Notes: a model not told the origin generated them from the sequence alone. Shown: positions 18,270 through 27,692, numbered from the stretch's first letter. The stretch: 64,000 bases of DNA from an uncultured Candidatus Saccharibacteria bacterium (GCA_964390945.1 CAYMIV010000002.1:1784-65783); one strand, 5' to 3'. Numbers and translations: made by a program.

Positions 18270-18671
18270 ATGGAATCATCTCAATACTCCTGGTATGCGT
18301 CGCTCATTAAGCCGGAGTGGGCACCGCCGTCATGGCTCTTCGGTCCGGTGTGGACCGTGCTCTATATTATTATTTTCTCCACCTACGGATACGTTTTTTA
18401 TCAAGTCCTCACCGGGAAGTTACCAAAGACACTTGCCATTCCATTCATACTCAATCTTGTATTCAACTTCGCCTTTACCCCGATTCAATTCGGCCTCAAA
18501 AACAATCTTCTCGCTTCACTCGATATTTCGTTTGTTCTTGCAACCCTCGTGTGGGCGCTCATTGTTGTGTATCCACACGCAAAGTGGGTCGCGTTCGCAA
18601 ACATTCCGTACCTGCTGTGGGTATGTTTTGCTACGGTTCTCCAGTTCACCATTACATACCTTAATCTCTAA
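18270..18671 (+). CDS. tspO: TspO/MBR-family tryptophan-rich sensory protein
   Basis: Motifs PEWAPPSWLFGPVWTVLY and five TM helices; the upstream part of the ORF overlaps the terminator, so the ATG at 18270 is used. Confidence 0.8.
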   Translation: MESSQYSWYASLIKPEWAPPSWLFGPVWTVLYIIIFSTYGYVFYQVLTGKLPKTLAIPFILNLVFNFAFTPIQFGLKNNLLASLDISFVLATLVWALIVVYPHAKWVAFANIPYLLWVCFATVLQFTITYLNL

Positions 18672-18680
18672 TGCCTCTTT

Positions 18681-19157
18681 ATGCCAAAAGTAGGACAGCC
18701 TGCGCCGGACTTTTCTCTCCGCGACCAAAATGAGAATATGCACTCTCTTTCGCACCACAAGGGAAGGTGGGTACTCATATATTTTTATCCGAAGGATAGT
18801 ACTCCCGGGTGCACGCGACAGGCGTGCGACATACGCGATGTGTATGGTGATTTTTTAAAACACAACTGTGTTGTATTTGGCATATCGACCGACAGCGAAC
18901 AGAGTCATAAAAAATTTGTCGGGCGTTTTGCACTCCCATTCACCCTCCTTGCCGATGTCGAAAAGAGGGTGGTACGAGCATACGGAGTGTGGGCACCGAA
19001 AAAATTTATGGGGCGCGAGTTTCTCGGAACGCTCAGAACGTCGTTTCTTATTGACCCGAACGGAATGGTGGCAAAGGTGTACGAAAAAGTGAAGTCAACA
19101 CTCCACGCAGAGGAGGTTCTCTCCGACCTCAAAACCCTCTCGCGGAACAAGGCGTGA
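18681..19157 (+). CDS. bcp: peroxiredoxin Bcp (thiol peroxidase)
   Basis: FYPKDSTPGCT active-site motif; 158 aa. Confidence 0.85.
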   Translation: MPKVGQPAPDFSLRDQNENMHSLSHHKGRWVLIYFYPKDSTPGCTRQACDIRDVYGDFLKHNCVVFGISTDSEQSHKKFVGRFALPFTLLADVEKRVVRAYGVWAPKKFMGREFLGTLRTSFLIDPNGMVAKVYEKVKSTLHAEEVLSDLKTLSRNKA

Positions 19158-19952
19158 TTAATCCTTTGCGCTCATGATGATGCTCAAATCTTTTGAATCA
19201 ATTGAGCCATCAACGTTGAAATCATATCGCGGGTCGTCGCCGGTCATGTTGAGTATGAAGATGCTCACATCGACGAGGGAGTGTTTGCCATCGCCGCTCA
19301 GATCTGTGTCGGGCCGCTCATGGTGAATGGCAATTCTTGCGGTGGTCGGCCCGGGCAGCGCAACCGTCTCCTGTTCGACACGCGCATTTTCAACGGCAAA
19401 GATTGCATCAATCGATTCTTCGAGCGGGACGTCAGTGCCAAGTCCATCGTGTTTTAGAATGCGGGCTTCAGAAAAATGGATAGCGGCATCACCCGCAGAG
19501 AGTGATCGGAACGTTATTGTAATGAGTGTTCCATCTCCTATGAACCCGCCCCGACGAGTTGTTCCACCAATGAAGCCGAGCGTGCCATCTCCATTTTCAT
19601 ACCATGGGGCGCGCGCCCACAGGTCGGCGAGTGAGGTGTTATAGTCAATCGACTCGACCGATAGTTTCGTGTGGTCGAAGCCGATGTCTCCCTTGAATGC
19701 ATTCACCGGCACACCCGCAGCAATGCGTACCGAGACGGCGAATGTTTCACCAACCAACACCCCGCCGCGAAGCGGTTCAAGATACATGTCGGCAATCGGT
19801 TCCGTCGCAACGGGAACCACAAAGAGACCGATAAGGGAGAGGAAGGCAACGAGCGCACTCGCAATGAGCGCGCTTTGGGGAATCATTCCTCGGACATCAC
19901 GTCTCCATCTGTTCATCAGATAAGTATAGCGGATATCAGACCGACCAAACAC
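19158..19952 (-). CDS. secreted protein with a cohesin-like domain and a C-terminal dockerin-like repeat pair
   Basis: Signal/TM segment, then a beta-rich domain, then tandem calcium-binding dockerin-type repeats (DLSGDGKHSLVDVSIFI... / DFNVDGSIDSKDLSIIM). Confidence 0.5.
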   Translation of the reverse strand: MFGRSDIRYTYLMNRWRRDVRGMIPQSALIASALVAFLSLIGLFVVPVATEPIADMYLEPLRGGVLVGETFAVSVRIAAGVPVNAFKGDIGFDHTKLSVESIDYNTSLADLWARAPWYENGDGTLGFIGGTTRRGGFIGDGTLITITFRSLSAGDAAIHFSEARILKHDGLGTDVPLEESIDAIFAVENARVEQETVALPGPTTARIAIHHERPDTDLSGDGKHSLVDVSIFILNMTGDDPRYDFNVDGSIDSKDLSIIMSAKD

Positions 19953-19988
19953 TTAACCTTTCGGGCTATTGGTGCCATACTTGTCGAT

Positions 19989-20579
19989 ATGCAGGATGAT
20001 GAGTTTTACACGAACGAATGTGTTCACGGCAACACAGAGGCTTTCGGCACGCTCTATGATCGATATGCGGAAAAAATATATCGTTTTGTGTACTACAAAA
20101 CATTTTCGAAAGAACTTGCCGAAGATATCGTGAGCGAAGTCTTCGTAAAAGCGCTCGAAAAAATTTCTTCCTTTGATGCAGGGAAGGGTTCATTCCCAAC
20201 GTGGCTCTATCGAATCGCACGAAACGCAGTCATCGACCATTACCGCACACGAAAGGCGCTCGTTCCGATAGACGACGTGTTTGATGTTGCGTTCGATGAA
20301 CGAACTGTTGAGCAACTCGACGCACTCCGCTCGCTTGCGCGCGTCCAAGAATTTCTCGAATCGCTGAATCCCAAACAGCGCGAAATCATTGTGCTTCGCA
20401 TCTGGGAAGAACTCTCATATCGGGAAATTGCTGCTATTGTGGGCGGTACGGAAGATGGTGTGAAAATGGCATTCTCGCGGGGTATTCGCGAAGTTCGTGA
20501 AAAGTGCGGTCTGCTCGGGGTGGCGCTTCTCTATGCACTCTCAGCATCCGCAGCGTTACCTTTCAGCAAACTTTCGTAA
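19989..20579 (+). CDS. ECF sigma factor
   Basis: Region 2 (IVSEVFVKALEK...TWLYRIARNAVIDHYR) and region 4 (EIIVLRIWEELSYREIAAIVGGTEDGVKMAFSRG); start reset to the ATG at 19989. Confidence 0.8.
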   Translation: MQDDEFYTNECVHGNTEAFGTLYDRYAEKIYRFVYYKTFSKELAEDIVSEVFVKALEKISSFDAGKGSFPTWLYRIARNAVIDHYRTRKALVPIDDVFDVAFDERTVEQLDALRSLARVQEFLESLNPKQREIIVLRIWEELSYREIAAIVGGTEDGVKMAFSRGIREVREKCGLLGVALLYALSASAALPFSKLS

Positions 20580-20587
20580 TACATACT

Positions 20588-21361
20588 ATGAACACCTCAA
20601 ACGACACAATCATCCTCGACATCCTGTCACTCGATCCGGAACTTGCTTCGCGGGAAAGCGAGATTCGCGATATTGTGGCATTGTTTGTAGGTGCGAAACC
20701 GACTGTAGAAATTGACGGGGTATTTCTCAATCGCCTCCGGGCTCACATTGTGAAACGCCCAGTCGAAAGGTCGATTCCATCGCCTTGGTTTCAGGCATTT
20801 ATAATCCGCCTCGCTCCAGTTTCGGCAATTGCGCTCCTTGTGCTCATTCTTGCACCTTCGTTTCTTACCCGACCGAATGAAGTAGGCGATAGTTTAATGT
20901 CCGTACAAGAGGTCTCCCTTGAAACGTCTGCTCCACTAAGCGCGAAGCGTGCAGCCGAAGGACCGACTGCTGATATGTTTTCGATGACAAGCATTGAAAA
21001 TGAGAATGTGCAGGAAGAAAGTTTTGCGATAGGTCCACAGATGCCGGGCACCATTGTTCATGTTGATTTTGTTTCGCTCCATGAGTGGGGATTCATCGGT
21101 ATTCATGAGAATGCGGATGGGGTTTTGGGAATACTCGTCGGCACAAGTACCCTTCTCGCTCCGGGAGTCACCAAAGAAATTTCTGTTTCACTTACTCGAC
21201 CTTCGAGGGTGGGAGAAACCTATTTTGGAATTGCGTACAAAGATAACGGAGATGGTGTCTTTGATGTGTCGGGCGATGTTCCCATTACTGACGCATCAAA
21301 TGTTTCGCCCCTCACCACGCTCTTCTCGATTGAATCCTCGATTCCGCTGAACCGGCAATGA
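20588..21361 (+). CDS. membrane-anchored anti-sigma-like protein
   Basis: Starts 9 nt after the sigma stop; N-terminal cytoplasmic segment, one TM helix, extracytoplasmic beta-rich domain. Confidence 0.45.
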   Translation: MNTSNDTIILDILSLDPELASRESEIRDIVALFVGAKPTVEIDGVFLNRLRAHIVKRPVERSIPSPWFQAFIIRLAPVSAIALLVLILAPSFLTRPNEVGDSLMSVQEVSLETSAPLSAKRAAEGPTADMFSMTSIENENVQEESFAIGPQMPGTIVHVDFVSLHEWGFIGIHENADGVLGILVGTSTLLAPGVTKEISVSLTRPSRVGETYFGIAYKDNGDGVFDVSGDVPITDASNVSPLTTLFSIESSIPLNRQ

Positions 21362-21429
21362 TGCGAAGCGTTACCGTTTCCAGATGATTTCGTATACAAA
21401 AGAATAGACGATTTATTATTTTAATTCGA

Positions 21430-22446
21430 TTGATTATGGAATTCTTTAAGACGATGACACAAAATCCGATGCGTTTTTTGAAGAGTGCGGGGGTCATTTT
21501 CATTGGACTCGCGGTGGTTGTCGTAGCACTCAACGTCATGGTCACAACCAGAGGCGGACTCGATGACCTCACGGTCGGTACTCAAAAAACTTCGGAAATG
21601 CGCCTCGACGAATCGATGGGTGTTCCGTCTCTCTCGATGCGAAACGTCATCGAGGATGAAATGCTGCTACAATCGCCGGATGGTGGATACACGCCGGGCG
21701 ACACTGCGGAAGCGTTCGAGGTCAAAGAATACAACGTACGCATTGAGACGCGAAACCTCGACAGGGACTGCGGTGTAGTTCGAGCGCTCAGGGAGCGAGA
21801 CGATGTTATTTTTGAAAACACCTCCGAATATGAGCGCGGGTGCGCGTATGCGTTCAAGGTTCGGCGGGGGAGTGTCGAGGATGTGCTCGGGGTGATTGCA
21901 TCACTCGACCCACGCGAGCTCTCCGAGAATGCGTATACTATCAAGCGCGAAATCGATGACTTTACGAGCGAGGTACAAATTCTTGAAAATAAACTGGCGT
22001 CGCTCGACGCCACACTGAAAGATGCAGCAACATCGTATGGAAATATCACCGCGCTTGCGACAAGCCGTGGCGACGTCGAGAGTCTCGCAAAAATTATTGA
22101 GAGCAAACTCATTATTCTCGAACGTCTCACGTCCTCAAAAATCGAAACAGTGAATCAGCTCGAGCGGGTAAACCGCGCGAAGGCGGAAGCGCTCGACCGG
22201 CTCGAGTACACGCACATGACTGTTTCAGTGTACGAGACTGTATTCGCGGATATCGAGAACATTAAGGATTCCTGGAAATCAACCGTGCGGGAATTCGTAC
22301 TTGAAGCAAACTCGCTCGCGCAGGATGTGAGCGTCGGGCTCGTGGTGCTCATACTTACGCTCGCAAAGTTTGCACTATATTTCTTCGTACTCCTCTTTGT
22401 CGCAAAGTTTGGATGGGCATTCACGCGTAAAAATTGGAACGATTGA
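21430..22446 (+). CDS. DUF4349-like membrane protein with coiled-coil
   Basis: N-terminal and C-terminal TM helices flank a coiled-coil region; the architecture resembles DUF4349. Confidence 0.4.
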   Translation: MIMEFFKTMTQNPMRFLKSAGVIFIGLAVVVVALNVMVTTRGGLDDLTVGTQKTSEMRLDESMGVPSLSMRNVIEDEMLLQSPDGGYTPGDTAEAFEVKEYNVRIETRNLDRDCGVVRALRERDDVIFENTSEYERGCAYAFKVRRGSVEDVLGVIASLDPRELSENAYTIKREIDDFTSEVQILENKLASLDATLKDAATSYGNITALATSRGDVESLAKIIESKLIILERLTSSKIETVNQLERVNRAKAEALDRLEYTHMTVSVYETVFADIENIKDSWKSTVREFVLEANSLAQDVSVGLVVLILTLAKFALYFFVLLFVAKFGWAFTRKNWND

Positions 22447-23045
22447 GTCGTGTAAAGAAAAAACCGGGGACTTCCCCGGTTTGTCATGAAGAACGGTGCT
22501 GTTGTTCTGGGCTCCGAATATTCCTTGATGATGAGTGCGATGACCTCGGGCTCCCTGCTCTCGAAGGCGGTGTATGCCGAAACCTCACCAGTCCTTCCGC
22601 ACGCACCGCGGAGCAACGGTTGGTCTTCGCGTGTCGCGGGGTATACCTCGCACTTGTACCATAAGGTGCCTTCTCGTTTCTTGAGTATGCTTTCGTAGTC
22701 CGAAAGTGAAACGCGCACCCCGCCCGCCGCCACAAGTGCGTTTACCGTGCGTGTGCGTGCGAGACGCTCGGATTTGTTGGTTGGCTTTCCGTGAATCTCA
22801 ACAACGACGGCGCCGAGCTCCACAACAGCAACTCGATCTGATGTTCCGTACCATCGGTCTAAGAGGGTAAGACCGTAAAGTGACACCAGAGCAATGCCGA
22901 CAGCAACGAGCGCGACGGCACACCCCATGACAAATACCGCGATTGGACTTAGTGTCGGGTATAATGCGTTGCGTTGTGAAGACACATCAACCTCCCCTAT
23001 CACGTTTGACGACACGACTGTGCTCGGCGGGTATGATACCGCCAA
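22155..23045 (-). CDS. hypothetical membrane-anchored protein (3' extent uncertain)
   Basis: N-terminal TM and a plausible globular domain up to about residue 200; the C-terminal ~95 aa overlap the 3' end of the convergent DUF4349 gene and look like non-coding translation. Confidence 0.3.
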   Translation of the reverse strand: MAVSYPPSTVVSSNVIGEVDVSSQRNALYPTLSPIAVFVMGCAVALVAVGIALVSLYGLTLLDRWYGTSDRVAVVELGAVVVEIHGKPTNKSERLARTRTVNALVAAGGVRVSLSDYESILKKREGTLWYKCEVYPATREDQPLLRGACGRTGEVSAYTAFESREPEVIALIIKEYSEPRTTAPFFMTNRGSPRFFLYTTQSFQFLRVNAHPNFATKRSTKKYSANFASVSMSTTSPTLTSCASEFASSTNSRTVDFQESLMFSISANTVSYTETVMCVYSSRSSASAFARFTRSS

Positions 23046-23538
23046 GCTCGCAATCCTTGCGATAAAAATCTTCGAGTACCTTCACGACCTTTTGGTGCGG
23101 TACCTTTTCGACGTTGCGTACGCAAGAGCCGCCGAACTTTCCCTCCATGAAACATGATGCCGTCGCACCCTCTTTTGAGAGATTGAGTGCGCAATCAAAG
23201 ACGAGCAACTCTCCCACTCCAACTTGTTCAAGTCCGGCGTGCTCGAGAGCTGTGATGATGTGCTCGGCATCCTGCGCGCTTCCGGACGAGTGAATGGCAA
23301 TCCGAACAGATGGGAGTTTGAGTCCCGCTCGCGAAGGTGCGAGTAACGCCACTCTGCTTTTGGCGGGGGGCACTGGGTTAGTCGGCGCCTCAAACATCGC
23401 CACGAGACAAACAAGGAGCAGAATGACGAACAAAACTGTTCGTGTCGCCCGCCCCACATGCCCGCCCCGACGCACAACTCCGCGACCGTTACAAAACGCG
23501 CGTTTTGCAGACATTTTTCCTCCGATGAGTGAGTACAA
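22987..23538 (-). CDS. LytR_C-domain protein, membrane-anchored
   Basis: TM helix, then VRIAIHSSGSAQDAEHIITALEHAGLEQV, which is characteristic of the LytR/CpsA/Psr C-terminal domain. Confidence 0.45.
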   Translation of the reverse strand: MYSLIGGKMSAKRAFCNGRGVVRRGGHVGRATRTVLFVILLLVCLVAMFEAPTNPVPPAKSRVALLAPSRAGLKLPSVRIAIHSSGSAQDAEHIITALEHAGLEQVGVGELLVFDCALNLSKEGATASCFMEGKFGGSCVRNVEKVPHQKVVKVLEDFYRKDCELGGIIPAEHSRVVKRDRGG

Positions 23539-23638
23539 AGTGCAGTTATCTTTGCGGATTATGCATTAATTATCCATGGGAGTCAAACTTTTCTTGTAAC
23601 GCTCTGCGGGCTCGTCTGCATTGGTGTAAAGTAGAGAC

Positions 23639-24178
23639 ATGGAAATGGCGAACGAAAGACTCCGTGCGTGCATAGCGGCAAGTGCGGGGGGCGACCAGGA
23701 ACATTACCGAGAACTCTATGAACATCTCGTCGATCGGGTCTTTGCATACGTGCGTTCACGCACTAACACACGTGAGCAGGCGACCGATACAACACAGGAT
23801 GTTTTCATAGAACTTTGGAAATCCCTTCCACGGTTTACGTATCACTCGCGTGAGCAGTTTTACTCATACGTATACGTAATCGCCAAGCGACGCCTCGCGG
23901 CACTCTATGGAGCAAAACAAACCGAGGCGCTTCCCGAAGAAGAAATCCTTGAGGGCGAGGAAGCGCGTCCAGGTGACGAGACGAGTGATGCGATCATGCG
24001 CGCACTTGCAACACTCGACGAGGAAACGAGAGAAATAATAACTCTCCACCACTGGCTTCGGTACACGTTTAAAGAAATTGGGGACTTCATCGGGATGGGT
24101 GAAACTGCCGTACGAGTGCGCCACCACCGAGCACTCAAGTTGTTACAAGCACGCTTATCAAATGCATCGTATGAATAA
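23639..24178 (+). CDS. ECF sigma factor
   Basis: Region 2 (TQDVFIELWKSLPRF) and region 4 (EIITLHHWLRYTFKEIGDFIGMGETAVRVRHHRALKLL). Confidence 0.8.
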   Translation: MEMANERLRACIAASAGGDQEHYRELYEHLVDRVFAYVRSRTNTREQATDTTQDVFIELWKSLPRFTYHSREQFYSYVYVIAKRRLAALYGAKQTEALPEEEILEGEEARPGDETSDAIMRALATLDEETREIITLHHWLRYTFKEIGDFIGMGETAVRVRHHRALKLLQARLSNASYE

Positions 24179-25172
24179 TCATAACGATATCGAAAAAGTA
24201 CTTGCGGGGAGTGTTCCGACCCTCCTTCCTTCCGAGCGTGCACTGCTATGGGCGTCTCTTTCTTCAAAATTGGAAAAACGCACCTCGGTTCCATCCCCAT
24301 TTACATTTTACGCACGCCATACATATATGGTTGTTTCCGCTGCACTCGTGGTCGCCCTCGTTCTTGGGGGTGGAGGAACTGCCCTTGCGTCAAATGCGGC
24401 CCGTCCCGGGGATTTGTTATTTCCCATTGACCGGGTAATCGAAAACACCCACCTCTCCCTCTTGCGCGACGAAAATTCAAGAAATATCCTCCGTGCGCAG
24501 TTGTCAGAAGAGCGTATTATCGAGCTTCGTGAAATTCTCGACGAGGAATCTGTCTCAGTGGAGGTGGTCGCTCCCGCGAGCGAAGGTGTTGCTACTGGAA
24601 CTTTGTGGGGGGAGCGGGGTGGGAAAAAATTGAGAGAGAGCGGGGAGGGGAGGGTCGGGTTGGCTGTAAATGAAATCTTGTCCTTCCTTGACGAAACGCA
24701 CGCCGACGACGATTCGAGGGTTCGCGTCTTTGAGAAGGTTTTTGGTGAAATCGAAGAACTCTCCCTTTCCGTAGACGTGGACGATTCGCGCCCGAAATTG
24801 GAAGATGGTGGGCGTGTCGAGATACGACGCGACGAGAGTCGAGGCAGTTCGCTTCGCGTCATGTATCGTGGAGACCAAATCCGCTTTGAAAAGAAGAATG
24901 ATGAAATTCGTTTCCGGAACGAGGTTGAACGTACCACAAAAGAGAAAATATCCGACCAGAGGCTCTCTGACGACACGCGTGAAGAATTCGAGGTGGAGGT
25001 GGAGGGCGACGAAGACGGGGGTATTTCTTCGGAAAATGGGAGCATGGATCTTCGCTGGAACGATGATGATAGTGACGGTGGAGAAAAGGGGGATGATAGG
25101 GATGAGGATGAGGATGAGGATGAGGATGGTGGTGGTGATGATGATTCTGACGAGAGAGAAGATGATGATTAG
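24162..25172 (+). CDS. anti-sigma-like membrane protein with an extremely acidic C-terminal tail
   Basis: Overlaps the sigma stop by 17 nt; one TM helix, a helical ectodomain and a tail ...DDDSDGGEKGDDRDEDEDEDEDGGGDDDSDEREDDD. Confidence 0.5.
   Translation: MHRMNNHNDIEKVLAGSVPTLLPSERALLWASLSSKLEKRTSVPSPFTFYARHTYMVVSAALVVALVLGGGGTALASNAARPGDLLFPIDRVIENTHLSLLRDENSRNILRAQLSEERIIELREILDEESVSVEVVAPASEGVATGTLWGERGGKKLRESGEGRVGLAVNEILSFLDETHADDDSRVRVFEKVFGEIEELSLSVDVDDSRPKLEDGGRVEIRRDESRGSSLRVMYRGDQIRFEKKNDEIRFRNEVERTTKEKISDQRLSDDTREEFEVEVEGDEDGGISSENGSMDLRWNDDDSDGGEKGDDRDEDEDEDEDGGGDDDSDEREDDD
25101..25127 (+). repeat. tandem hexanucleotide (GATGAG)x4 plus GAT/GGT triplets encoding the poly-Asp/Glu tail
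   Basis: gatgaggatgaggatgaggatgaggat, a candidate slippage site. Confidence 0.8.
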
Positions 25173-25256
25173 CATTTCTCGTGATAGGCATATGCCCATT
25201 AATCTCATTAATGCGTCGAGTATTGCATTTTGAGAAGAGGGGGGCATAATTTCAAC

Positions 25257-25802
25257 ATGAAACGTATCGCAGTGATTTGTATCTCTATTGCGATTGCATT
25301 CGGTTTCGCTTTTCTTGTTTCGATTCAAAGCGCCCGCACTCCGACCCCCTGCTCCACAGACGCACTGCTTTGTCCCGACGGAACGGCCGTTGGTCGCATT
25401 GGTCCTCGCTGCGAGTTCGCGCCGTGTCTCACCCCAACTGCCTATGAGACCACGGAGCAGATTGATGCGAAGAGAGACCTCATTGTTCTTGAATCTCCCC
25501 CGCGCGACAGCGTCATTTCCTCTCCTGTCACCATAACAGGCAAAGCCCGCGGTTACTGGTATTTTGAAGCGAGCTTTCCCATCACCATCGTCAATTGGGA
25601 CGGCCTCATCATCGGAGAGGGAATTGCGCGGGCGCAGAGCGATTGGATGACCGAGGATTTTGTGCCCTTTGTGGCAACCGTAACTTTTCACATTCCTCCT
25701 GACACACCGTATCATCGTGGAGCAATTATTTTGAAAAAAGACAACCCATCCGGGCTTCCACAAAATGATGACGCACTCGAGGTGCCCGTATTATTCAAAT
25801 AA
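25257..25802 (+). CDS. secreted protein with a Gmad2-type immunoglobulin-like domain
   Basis: Signal peptide, then ITGKARGYWYFEASFPITIVNWDGLIIGEG...FVATVTF, typical of the Gmad2 Ig-like fold; the reported ORF start is TTG, so the ATG at 25257 is used. Confidence 0.45.
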   Translation: MKRIAVICISIAIAFGFAFLVSIQSARTPTPCSTDALLCPDGTAVGRIGPRCEFAPCLTPTAYETTEQIDAKRDLIVLESPPRDSVISSPVTITGKARGYWYFEASFPITIVNWDGLIIGEGIARAQSDWMTEDFVPFVATVTFHIPPDTPYHRGAIILKKDNPSGLPQNDDALEVPVLFK

Positions 25803-27040
25803 TGCAATGTTCAATGTCATTCAAGTGGTGCTCGGCTATGCTCATAATCGCATCAGTACTCTTTCCGTTTTCAGATGTTCGCGCCGCACAATCAACCGAC
25901 ACGACTATGATTGAGCGCCTCTCTGCAATCAGTTCGTATCTTTCACGAACGTACGGCGAGCGTAAAGACCTTGCCCCAAGTGAGCTCATTGCTTCTATTC
26001 GCGCAGGAATAGGGTGGCTTAAAAACGCACAAGAAGAGTCGGGTCGCTTCAAGTATGAATACCTCCCATTTGAGGGAACGTATCGCGCCGACGATAATAT
26101 CGTGCGTCAGGCGGGGGCACTGTATGCGCTCGGGGAGGTGGCGCGCCGAATCGACAACGACGAGTTGGGGGTGCGCAAAACGATGGAGCGTTCGATTCAC
26201 TATTTTGAATCACTCGCGCGCCAGAGCGACGGGGGCGGATCTTGTATCGCCCCAACAAAAAAGAGCGTTCGCTGTCAGCTCGGCGCAACAGCGCTCGCAC
26301 TCATCGGGACAATTTCATTTGTTGAATCCTTTCCCGATTCGAACGATGAGTACCAGCCGCTCATAGAATCGTTTGTTGCGCATCTCCTTGCATCGCAAAA
26401 AGCGAACGGCGGTTTTCGAAATTTATACATGGGAGGAAACACAAAAATCTCTGACGAAGAGTCGGCTTTTTCGAACGGGGAAGCGCTTCTCGCGCTTGTG
26501 CGCTATTACCGGCACGAAAATGACGACGCTGTGCGAGTAGCGATTGATCGAGCGTTCGCCCACTTGAGCGCCGAGCCCCTCGACAGCAATCTCTATCTCT
26601 GGATGATGGCGTCGCTCAAAGATATGCATGCACTGTGGCCGAAAAGTGCATATACGGATTACGCGAGTTCATTTACTTCGTGGCGCATGCAGAAAGCGAA
26701 AAATCTCACCGACCGCACCCGCAATTACTGCGCCTACGCGGAAGGTCTTGCGAGTGCTACGAGTGTTGTGAGAAAGGAAAACGATACGTATGCACCGCTC
26801 ATCGCTGAACTCAATCTGCGGAACGCACGTAATTATTCGCTCCAAATAACAGAGAAAGACCGTTATCGTATTCTCACGGAAGGCGGTTTGCCAAAACTCA
26901 AAACACTCGCTGATGCAAAACGCGCACTCGGGGGATTTCTTACGGGAGATGGGGAGCCCTCACAGCGTATCGACTTCACCCAACACTGCATCGGGGCGTA
27001 CGTACAGACGCTGGTCGATATTCTGGGAGAAAAACTATAA
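25802..27040 (+). CDS. secreted protein with an alpha/alpha-toroid (prenyltransferase/terpene-cyclase-like repeat) fold
   Basis: Signal peptide; repeated Q..NGGF / aromatic-rich helical repeats; overlaps the upstream gene by 1 nt. Confidence 0.35.
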   Translation: MQCSMSFKWCSAMLIIASVLFPFSDVRAAQSTDTTMIERLSAISSYLSRTYGERKDLAPSELIASIRAGIGWLKNAQEESGRFKYEYLPFEGTYRADDNIVRQAGALYALGEVARRIDNDELGVRKTMERSIHYFESLARQSDGGGSCIAPTKKSVRCQLGATALALIGTISFVESFPDSNDEYQPLIESFVAHLLASQKANGGFRNLYMGGNTKISDEESAFSNGEALLALVRYYRHENDDAVRVAIDRAFAHLSAEPLDSNLYLWMMASLKDMHALWPKSAYTDYASSFTSWRMQKAKNLTDRTRNYCAYAEGLASATSVVRKENDTYAPLIAELNLRNARNYSLQITEKDRYRILTEGGLPKLKTLADAKRALGGFLTGDGEPSQRIDFTQHCIGAYVQTLVDILGEKL

Positions 27041-27051
27041 TCGATTGAATT

Positions 27052-27648
27052 TTGACACGCAAAGAGCATAATGACACCATGACTCACCTCAATAAAATCC
27101 TCATACTCTGTATTCTTCTTCTCGTCGGCGTGATTGTCGCACTTTCCATACGAACGCCCATTGCCGTCGCCCCATCACCATCACAGGAGGTGCCCGAAAC
27201 CACAAAAGAAGAGCGGGGACAGGACGGAACCCCGTCGTCCCCAAAAAATGATGCGGGCACCGGCGCGGGTGGCACGGTAACGCGTGACATGCGCAATCAA
27301 AACCTCAATGAGGTACCTCGCTCTCTCTTTGATTCGACCAACATCGAGGTGCTCGACCTTTCGGAAAACTCCCTCAACTCTGTACAGGCGGAAATACGAC
27401 ACTTGCAAAATTTGCGCGTGCTTAATCTTTCGAACAACAAACTGACGAATATTCCCGCGGAGTTGGGTCAATTAACCGCACTTGAGGTGCTCAATCTGTC
27501 GAACAACAAACTCACCGGGCTCCCCCACGAACTCGGTAACTTACAAAATCTCAAAACACTCGATCTTCGAGGAAACAACTATGCCAAATTTGATTTGGAT
27601 ATCATTAAAAAATCTCTTTCATCCGAAACGGTTATTCTGACTGACTAA
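27052..27648 (+). CDS. leucine-rich-repeat protein, membrane-anchored
   Basis: TM helix plus about five tandem LRRs (LxxLxxLxLSNNKLTxxP). Confidence 0.75.
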   Translation: MTRKEHNDTMTHLNKILILCILLLVGVIVALSIRTPIAVAPSPSQEVPETTKEERGQDGTPSSPKNDAGTGAGGTVTRDMRNQNLNEVPRSLFDSTNIEVLDLSENSLNSVQAEIRHLQNLRVLNLSNNKLTNIPAELGQLTALEVLNLSNNKLTGLPHELGNLQNLKTLDLRGNNYAKFDLDIIKKSLSSETVILTD

Positions 27649-27692
27649 CGTTCAGCGGTGAATGTGTGGGGGTGCAACACCCAGTCCTCGCC

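Noticed and set aside
24308-25763. Long minus-strand ORFs (245 and 402 aa)
   Set aside because: They are antisense to the acidic anti-sigma-like gene and the Gmad2 gene. The translations are repeat-driven (poly-His/Pro/Ile from the GAT/GAG repeats) and have no domain features.
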